NCBI RefSeq assembly: GCF_006345805.1
Contig: NC_042999.1
Span: 165,106,001-165,170,000 of the forward strand
DNA from: Octopus sinensis
Lineage: Eukaryota
Length of the DNA: 64,000 nucleotides
Direction of reading: 5' to 3'
Under the pieces are notes generated by a model that was not told the origin of the DNA, ran no database searches, and saw only the letters and a program-made list of their open reading frames with translations. The translations under genes were made by a program, and so were the position numbers. Of the stretch, positions 54,981-64,000 are shown piece by piece; positions within the stretch are counted from its first letter, which is position 1, and every line of letters begins with the position of its first letter.

Positions 54981-55039
54981 AATATTAGTAATGATAACGC
55001 TTTGAGTTCTACTTGAATGTTTGCATCACCAAACAGCTG

Positions 55040-56266
55040 TGTGGCGGGAGGGAGGGCTAGAAATATATATAGAGAGAAGAAGAGAGTGGAGAGAAGGAGA
55101 GAGTGAAGAGATGAAGAGAGTGGAGCAAGAGAGAGTGAGTGTGAGAGATGAATAGAGTCAATGACTACAAACAGATGCACGCAATAGTAATAGGTAGATA
55201 TGCTTATATATGCACACGCAAACACACACACAAACACATACACACATACATACATACATACACATACACACACACACACTCACTCAGAGAGAGAGAGAAA
55301 CGCATGCATGCACACAAAGGCACACAAAGGCAAAAGCTATTGATACTCAAATACGCACACAGATGATAAACACACATACATGAATTACAGCTGAGGATGT
55401 ACATACACACACACACACACTCACACACGCACACACATGCAACAGATGTATTTACCTTAACTAAACGGTGTCCTGCTTTTACTACTATAACAACACATAG
55501 ACACACATGGTATCTTCTGGAATTGTAAAGACTGCGGTGTCTGTGGTAGCGAAGAGCATTAATGAAACTGTACAAGTTGCATTGACGTCACACTTTTCCC
55601 TCGCTTTCATTTTTCTCTTTTTCTACACACAAATCCTTGTCTCCTTTTTTTCTCTTTTTACTACTCTCACATGTTTATCTATCAATCCATCAATCTAACT
55701 ATTTAACTAATCTATCTATCTCATTTATCTATGTTTGTCTGTTAGTCTGTCTATCTGTTTATGTGTCTGCTTTTCAATCTATCTATCTTTGCGTATTTAT
55801 GTATATAGGTATGCACACACTTTCATATAAGCACATTTAGGCATATGTATGTGTGTGTGTGTTTGCCTGTATTCATCCGTTTCACTTTTATCTTTCCATC
55901 ACTCTATCCTCTCCATTATCTTCTTACTTTCTTCTCTCTCTCACCTGGTAACCCACTTCGTTTTCTACCTTGCTGTTTTCCTCTCATCTATACTCCCTCT
56001 CTCTTACTCTCACTTCATACCTTGTTTTGTTATTGTTTTTCTCCAATATTGTTGTTGTTGTTAGTGTTGTTGTTGTTGTTGTTCTTCTTCTTCTTCTTCT
56101 TCTTCTCCTTCTTCTTCTTCTTCTTCTTCTTCTTCTATTGCTTCTTTTTCTCCTTCTCGCCCTCTGCTCTCTATCTTTGTCTTGTTGTTTCTCGCTCTCT
56201 CCCGCTCTCCCTCTTATACACTCTTTACCTTCTTGCCTTTCTCTCTTTCTCTCCTTCTTTCATTCC

Positions 56267-56303
<37 letters not shown>

Positions 56304-56465
56304 CTCTTCCCTCAGCAGATCTCATCCTACTTTATTTCAATCTCTTCTCTGTTTTCCGCCCTATCTCCCTTTTTTCTATATTTATCTCTGTTTCTTCTCA
56401 TTCTCTCCGATCCTCTCCATCGTTTTGTATACACTCCCTCTCTCTCTCTCTCACACACAGACACA

Positions 56466-56511
<46 letters not shown>

Positions 56512-56550
56512 GTCTCAGTCCTTCTCATTCTCTCTCCCACTATATTTTCT
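55040..56550. repeat. Low-complexity zone of mixed CA/CT/TTC/TATC repeats
   Basis: Seen directly. Confidence 0.85.
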
Positions 56551-56892
56551 AAACTTTTTTCTCCCCACTTCAGAAAACAAAGAGTCCCCGTATTACAGCT
56601 CCCATAAGTTCCACTACACCCTCCCTACCACCCCTCTCTCTTCTCTAGAAACCGATGGTGTCTACCAATGACGTGACAACACATTGACAGTAAAATATTT
56701 ACTGAAAACACATTGGAAAAAATTCTCGTTTTCTCTTTTATAAATCCTATTTCTTTTTTCCGCCAATGCTGGAATAGTTATTGTAGAGCTTGAGACTATT
56801 CTCACTTGAATGGCATCCGTTCTAGAACCTGTCTGATTATTAGTCTATCTATCTAGGCATGAATATATATATATATATATATATAATATATA

Positions 56893-56984
<92 letters not shown>

Positions 56985-56985
<1 letters not shown>

Positions 56986-57285
56986 GAGAGATATGGCTCA
57001 GTGATTAGAGCGTTGGGCTTACACTCATGAGGTAATGAGTTCGATTCCCAGACTGGGCTGTATGTTGTGTTCTTAGGCAAGACTCTTATTTCACTCACTT
57101 GTTGAAATGAGTTGTCACGTTTCTGGTGCCGAGCTATATCGGCCTTAGCCTTTCTCTTGGATAAAAACAGCAGCGTGGAAAGGAGGGGGGCTGGTATGCA
57201 TGGTCGACTGCTGATCTTCCATAAACAACCTTGCCCGGATTTGTGCCTTGGAGAACTTTCTAAGTGCAATCTTATGGTCATTCTA
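56985..57285 (+). mobile_element. tRNA-derived SINE (family E)
   Basis: A box TGGCTCAGTGA, B box GAGTTCGATTCCC, then CTTAGGCAAGAC. Confidence 0.7.
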
Positions 57286-58651
57286 CCTACTTCTCTATCT
57301 GTCTTTCTGTGTGTCTATCTCTTTCTATCTCTATATATCTGTATCTCTTTTTCTATATTTATCTATATAAAACATGAATATATGTACCAATATATCTATC
57401 AAACACATTATAGAATGGTGCCCCAGCATGACTACAGTACAATGCTAAAGCTAGAAAACGAAAAATATTTACATTCACGTGTAGAGGTGTACTTATGCTC
57501 ACTTAGGCAATATTTTGGGGAGAGCGCCAGTTAACTCGATTCTCATTGGTTAGACGGATCTACTTGTCGATTATGAAACAAGCTTGAAACATCGTTGGTA
57601 ACGGTTGCTAAAGGAAAGGCACCCGATCCAGATTTACTGTCATTAAGGCACATCTATACTAAAAGGTTTTTAGATGCGCTGTGGCCAAGCGTGGCAGAGC
57701 CATCTAAATAACGGCTCGGTTCAGAAGGCTTGAAAGGAAGATATCACTTCGCGAAGAAGGAACACCGTGTATTGGACATCCCAGAACTAAATTGTAGTTT
57801 TTATGACTTTTACTTGAGGTCTCAATCATGTACAAGTATAATAAGTTATACAAAATATTTACAAGTGAAGACCATGTTCCTCTTCTGTGGAATCCAAGTC
57901 AAAGTGGTTCAGTGTCTACTTGCCGTTGCTGGTCTCATGATTGTGCGTCTCTCCAAGGTGAGATTAAGAGCTGAGGAAGTCAGGTCTTGTTCGCTGTGAA
58001 CCCCAGTGAAAAAGAGAGAGAGAGAGACAAGTCCCAGAATTCCAAAGTTACACGCTACCCCGCCTAGCAGCGAGCTATTGAGACGACTACCGTCAGGGGA
58101 GGCAACTGCACCTACAGGTTTAATACATCAATAGGTCCTTTACGTTGAAATATCGACATTACCAGTATCTACACTCTTTCAGATCAAAGGACCAGAAAAA
58201 CTTATCATCTCTATCGCAATCCATAAAAAAACAAACAAACAGTGAGAATGGTCAGAACATGAATCAATAATATGAAACATTATCAACAAAACCATTTGGT
58301 ACTTTATCGGAACCTGAATAGAACCACATATTAAAATAGCCCTCATATCGTTTAACTAGAGATTAGAGATGTTGTCTAGTGTCTGCATCGGAGACAATTC
58401 CTTCCAGATTGCTCTCAAGCACTTGGAAATCCAGTGTCTACTGTTGTGAAAATCCTCTTAAAGTAGGATCTTCTTGAAAAAATGGAAATCTGGACCGGAT
58501 ATTTTCCATCACACCGTAATAGCCACCGATTTGTGCGGCCTACTCCGTATTCCACCACAAAAGAACTTTGACTAATGCCAATAGATTCAACCGGTGTTCA
58601 TCCAGCACTTCATTCACTAAAATATTAGCTGAATAAGCTTAAATATATATA

Positions 58652-59929
58652 CGAGGAGTACTGAAAAGCTCATATCCTGACTACAAAGTAGTAATACTAG
58701 AGCTGTGTGATCTAGCTTGCATTAACCCCAACTCTTCTTATTAATAACTACATTGTTTCTTTCCAGATAAACTGACATCTGACTGTTTAATGAAGTCTTC
58801 AAAAGTAACTTGTCGTGACTTCTGAAAATGGACAAAATTTGACATCCTAATGTTATCAAGTAATTTTAGAAAATGGGTAGAGGCCAAGGACATTCATGCT
58901 GACATGGTTGCTACATTAAGAGCTGACACTTCAGTATCAACAGTACAAAAATGTGCAGGAGGGGAACAGAGAGACTTGAAGATGATACAAGGTATGGACG
59001 TCCTACAACTTCCACCACCGAGTAAGGCATTGATCGAGTTCACAAAAATAGTGATGATAGGCAATTGACTATAAATCAAAGAGCCAATGCTATTAACATA
59101 TCCCGTAAGAAAGTTGAGAATATTCTGCACAATAAACTTGACATAACGAAGGATACTGCACAATGATGAGTGCTATGTCTTCTGACAAGATGATCACATT
59201 TTGAGAAAATCTGACATTGTCTGAGGTAGATCCAGCTGGTTTCCTTGAACGTTACCTAACTCAGGATGAGTGCTGGGTTCATTACTTTGAGCCAGAGACA
59301 AAGAGATAATCCATGCAATGGAAACAACACTGTTCCAAAAGAATGCCAAATTCGTTTCATCTGCAAGGAAGATGACGGCTTAAAATGTTGGGGATGCAGA
59401 AGGCATTGTGTTTATTGACTATCTTCAAAAGGGCCACACCATCAATGGAGAGTACTGCGCCAACTTTCTGAGGCAATTACGAAAAGCTGCCACGAGCAAA
59501 CGTCCAGCAAAACTGACGAAAGGAATCTCCAGCACACAAGTCCTTAGTTTCAATAGCTGATGTGCGTGACTATGGCTTAGAACTAGTTGATCGGCCTCCT
59601 TGTTCTCTTGATTTGACACCATCAGTTCCCCAATATCGAAAAACACCTGTCTGCAAACCAGTATCGCAGTGATGATAAAGCCATATCTGCTGTTGATGAC
59701 GTTTTTGGACCAACAGGATGAAAGGTTCTTCACCAATGAGATCTAAGCACTGCATCACTGATAGATGAAGTGTCTGAATTGCTTCTTCACTAATAGGACC
59801 CAAGCACTGCAACATCAATGGAAGAAGTGTGTGGACTGCAAGGGGGACTATGTTGTAAAATAAACTGCAATTGGTCACATTCTATGAGAGTATCTTGGTC
59901 AGCCTATGAACTTTTTCAGCGAACCTTCG
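58652..59929 (+). mobile_element. Full-length decayed mariner transposon (irritans-like), 1278 bp
   Basis: TA on both sides. Imperfect TIRs CGAGGAGTACTGAAAAGCTCATATCCTGAC / GTCAGCCTATGAACTTTTTCAGCGAACCTTCG. Transposase remnants TQDECWVHYFEPETK, IDYLQKGHTINGEY, PPCSLDLTPS, WKKCVDCKGDYV. Confidence 0.92.
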
Positions 59930-59969
59930 TATATATGTGTGCTTGCGTATGTGTCTGCGTCTGTCTGTA

Positions 59970-60004
<35 letters not shown>

Positions 60005-61504
60005 ATGTATGTATGTATGTATGTGTGTATGTATGTGTGTGTGTATGTATGCATATATATTGCATGTGTGCGTGCATATCCGTATGTATGTGTATATACA
60101 CACAAACGCAAAATCACACACGCATACGGGTTTTCCATTGCAGTGACACATTAGTCGAAGCCGAGAGTTGAGAAATAAGACTTTTATTGAATATTTTAAA
60201 TCAATAAGTCTTATTCCACAACTCTCGGCTTTGATTAATGTGTCGCTGCATCTAACTTAACTAAACTTCACAAAACTTACCCAATATCTACCCGTGATAA
60301 TGTTCGTAATTGTTTTCTTCTCTTGCATCATTGAAACTACAACTTATGTTTTAATTTCAGTCACAAGATAGAAATCAAGCTGGAGGCTGCGGTAAAAGGC
60401 ACTTGTCCGAGCGGCTGCAGCTGCTGTGCAATGATATCACCTACGGCAGAACCATATGTTTGTGAAACATACTCCTTGGCTAAAGACAGTATGACAGTGT
60501 AAAATAAGTACTCTCAACTCAGCTAAAGCCTACACCTACACCTCGCTGAGTATTATTCAGTAGAATAAACGCTCTCTCTTTCGTGCCTAACTCTAAATGC
60601 AGAGTTATTTCTCTGTCTACGCCTATTTGGCACCGAAAAACATACAATTCTACGCGTAACATTTTTACGTAGGTAACGTCAACTAGAAAACCCTCATCAA
60701 AGCTAAACTATACTTGAGAGACTGAAAGCCATGCTTTTGGCAGTGTATTGGTCCAGTCACTTTACTGAAGCAACTGTTTTTGTATAATGACTGCAATTTT
60801 TTAATCTTTCCTTTTCTCCACTACTAAACTTATGACTCTATTTTTTGTATTACATATTTTATTACCAACCCTATGATTATTTTTTTTATCACAAGTTGTT
60901 ATCATTCTTATTAATGTTATATTGCAAGTCTATTCTATTTATATTTCTAAATCTTTCACATCCTCATTATGTCATCTAACGCCTCAGCCTTTATCAGAGT
61001 GTAGTAATTTGCCTCTCATTCATACCATCATCTCATAAATGTATATACTATTGTTATACTTGGGGGTGGTCATATTTGTGCCAATTAAATACGCGCACTT
61101 TGGTCTTCACTTCAGCTTTATAATTATTATCATTGTCATTATTGAGTGAAAGAGCAATGCATGCCATCAGAGTGACATTGGGGTAAAATATACGAGGCCC
61201 AATATACCCATCATGACTACCCGTCTGATAAGGGTACACCAGGCACATGCATCACAACCATATGTGCGCGACATAGAGCTCTCATAACAAGATAAACAGC
61301 GCATGACCTTGCAGGTGGGGCCCAGTTAGAATTTTCATCCACTTCTCATTTAGATGTTCTATACTCTACCAAATCAACATCTTTCTGTCATTTTCTTTCT
61401 CTCTCTCTCTCTCTCTCTCTCTCCATATATATATATATATATATAATATATATATCAATTAATCTAGCTGTCTATCTGTCTGTCTGTTTGTCTGTGTATT
61501 ATTA

Positions 61505-61556
<52 letters not shown>

Positions 61557-61864
61557 GTTATTGTTGTTGTTGTTGTTGTTTTCGTTTCTTTGTCGAAGTT
61601 CTTTCGTCACATATCCTGTGACCTCTTCAGTGACTTTTCTCCCACACGTCTCCTCTTTTTCTGCTGATTCCATGTTGTATTTCAGTGGCATGCATCCTAT
61701 AATACGTTAGTTCACTTAACGTATCTTTAGGAGCTTCTTGGCATCGTTAAAATGAATTCCTTTCATTTTATATATACTTATGTGTGTTACTATCTGTTTG
61801 TCTATTTAACTTATCTCTACTTCTCGTTTAGGTTCTCTATACTCTATCAACTCAACATCTTTCA

Positions 61865-61905
61865 GTCTGTTTGTCTGTCTGTCTGTCTAGCTATCTGGTT
61901 GTCTG

Positions 61906-62002
<97 letters not shown>
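61865..62002. repeat. (CTGT)n/(TATC)n microsatellite
   Basis: Seen directly. Confidence 0.95.
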
Positions 62003-62003
<1 letters not shown>

Positions 62004-63297
62004 ACGCGCTGAGACTGCGACATCTCAGGCTCTTCGTAGACGACGGTGAACAGGTGTGGTCGCCGTTTGTGAGGCACGCTTTCTCGCAGCTCATCTCCAT
62101 GCCCGAACTGCAATCGTGGATCAAAAAGAGGCCGAGGAAGGGCGAATGGCACAGCGAGTGTCGCGTTGCTCTCAAGCAACTTTGCCGTCCTGGGTCAACC
62201 TTGAGTGACTCCATCACAACCAAAGCATTCTATAGGGGATTAGTGGAGGGGAGGTACGACGACGAGCTCGGGGCGAACCTGGACGTCGACGAGGAATACC
62301 TGACCCGCCTGTTCGGGACGACTTTCGGGCCAGGGCCCATGGGTAACTTCCAGAGATCCCTGGCCTGGCAGTGCTACCGAGAAGCGCTACCCGTTCGGGA
62401 TAAGCTCTACAGACACGGCTCGAGAAACACGGTGCCGACCTGCCCGAGATGCGGTCAGAGCGACGAAACTGTTCTGCACGCACTTGTGCAGTGTCCAACA
62501 ATTTCCGACCTGTGGGCTTATGTCGAACAACTGCTGTCACGTGTGGGACGAGTCGGTTTATCAGCTGAGTCTATCGTCAATATTGTCACGCCTCCTTCCT
62601 TCAAACGGGAAGGAAGAGCTATTTTCATCATCCTTGTGGCTATGGCGAAAGAATGTATCTGGTGGACGAGTCTGAAAGGATTGGAGACAAACACTTTCCT
62701 CTCTGGTCAACCTCTCATCAACTTCTTCAAGTACCACTTGAAAAGGAAAGTGAGAGTAGAGAGGCAAGTTTTGTCTAGCGAACGTTTTAAAAAAAGATGG
62801 GTGAATGTAGCAAGGATGGCACGTATGAATGACGAAGCCACCTTGAGCATAATCCTATGAACCCAGAAACTGAAAACAGAGTGTTACCCACTTGCAAACA
62901 AATGTGGTAACATGTAACAATATTGACCAAGGTTACCGTGGTCTTTTTCGTAGGCTTTTCTTCCCACGGATAAACCTTACTTGCTTTCCCCTTTACACCA
63001 TACATCATGACACTGTGATACACGATCCCTATTGATCGTTTTTTTTCCTCTCCCCCTTTTTTTCCTCTTTTTTCTTCTTTTCTCATTTTTCTTTTCTTTT
63101 TTCCCTTTCTTCTTTTTTTTCTTTTCCTTTTTCTTTCTATTTTTCTTTTTTTTGTTCTTTTTTCCCTTTTTTGTTCTTTTTACGATCCCTTTTGATCGAA
63201 AACCTACGCCACCTTTTTTTTTTTCTCCCCCAAAAGAAAAGATCTACCTTGTAACTTGTCCCATCTGTGTGCAGCCCTGTGTGGCCAATAAAGAAAC
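62003..63297 (+). mobile_element. Young 5'-truncated Tx1 LINE inserted in a (TATC)n array
   Basis: Uninterrupted ORF2 C-terminus to 62860 (ALPVRDKL, CPRC..ETVLHALVQC), T-rich 3'UTR, end GCCAATAAAGAAAC, (TATC)n on both sides. Confidence 0.92.
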
Positions 63298-63332
<35 letters not shown>

Positions 63333-63333
63333 C

Positions 63334-63379
<46 letters not shown>

Positions 63380-63460
63380 GTATGGCTTTCTATCTATCTG
63401 GCTGTTTGTCTGTCTGTCTATCCATCTGTTTATCCATCCATCTATATTTGCATCTATCTA
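63298..63460. repeat. (TATC)n microsatellite
   Basis: Seen directly. Confidence 0.93.
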
Positions 63461-64000
63461 TTGCTAAGCTCTCCTTTCGGCTAACATGCTATTACTCACA
63501 CTACTAATATTTCTGATCTGTCTTTACCAAACGATATATCTTTCTACTTTACTTAATTCTCTCCCGCTCTTCTCTCCGTCTCTTCCACAACACCTGTTCT
63601 TCTCTTCTCTCATACTTCATCGTTATCCGTTTTCCCTTTTTCTTTCTAATGTTCTCCTTTGGTTTCTCTCCTTTCCTCTCCTTTTTTTCGTTAATTCTCT
63701 TTCCCTTTTTTCTTTCTTTATTTCTTTCAATCTTTAATCTTTCAAATGTATTTCCTTGTATGTCCTTGATCTTTTTTTCCTTCACTTTCAACTGATTCTT
63801 CCAGCCCATTCTTGTATATGTGTTTTGTTGTTGTTTATCCCTGATATCGGCTCGAATCGTGATTTTTATTCGTTTAAGATTATCTGCAATTAGGTTACCT
63901 AAGGTACCCCGTCTTTCAGATAGTAGGATATGATACAAGATGGGAATTGTTGCCACTACTATCAGAACAAGTAATCGTATGAACGCTCTCGATATTTCCT

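Noticed and set aside
55845-56671. Long hydrophobic ORFs of 233-235 aa
   Set aside because: Pyrimidine-rich simple repeats with few possible stops.
60361-60500. Cys-rich exon after TTTCAG
   Set aside because: The sequence resembles a decayed minus-strand SINE B head (GAGGCT..AAGGCACTTG.CC..AGAACCATATG).
61871-62860. 329-aa host gene
   Set aside because: The N-terminus is translated (TATC)n and the rest is truncated Tx1 ORF2.

Overview
Animal genomic DNA, not prokaryotic. The extreme microsatellite density and the SINE families point to a coleoid cephalopod, probably Octopus (inference). I found no intact host protein-coding gene. Almost all ORFs in the track, including the 1686-aa one, are microsatellite artefacts or retroelement fragments. 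The window is a graveyard of mobile DNA: (1) about eight R4/Dong-type (RLE) LINE copies or fragments, mostly at (TAA)n or (CATA)n tracts; (2) four Tx1/L1-clade LINE pieces, one young copy inside a (TATC)n array; (3) RTE and Penelope remnants; (4) a full-length decayed mariner, MITE-like elements and a non-autonomous Helitron; (5) at least five tRNA-derived SINE families; (6) a 4.9-kb (GGT)n array and a 21-bp minisatellite. Three observations stand out. First, a SINE variant carries a Tx1-LINE 3' tail and is followed by GG(T/C)AT(T/A)TC at all four junctions, three of them inside its own parent SINE. Second, a tandem pair of structurally conserved RNA motifs sits at the 5' end of a near-full-length R4 LINE. 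Third, several small inverted-repeat insertions carry minimal hammerhead ribozymes (Penelope-type). Coordinates were read by eye; boundaries of decayed elements are approximate.
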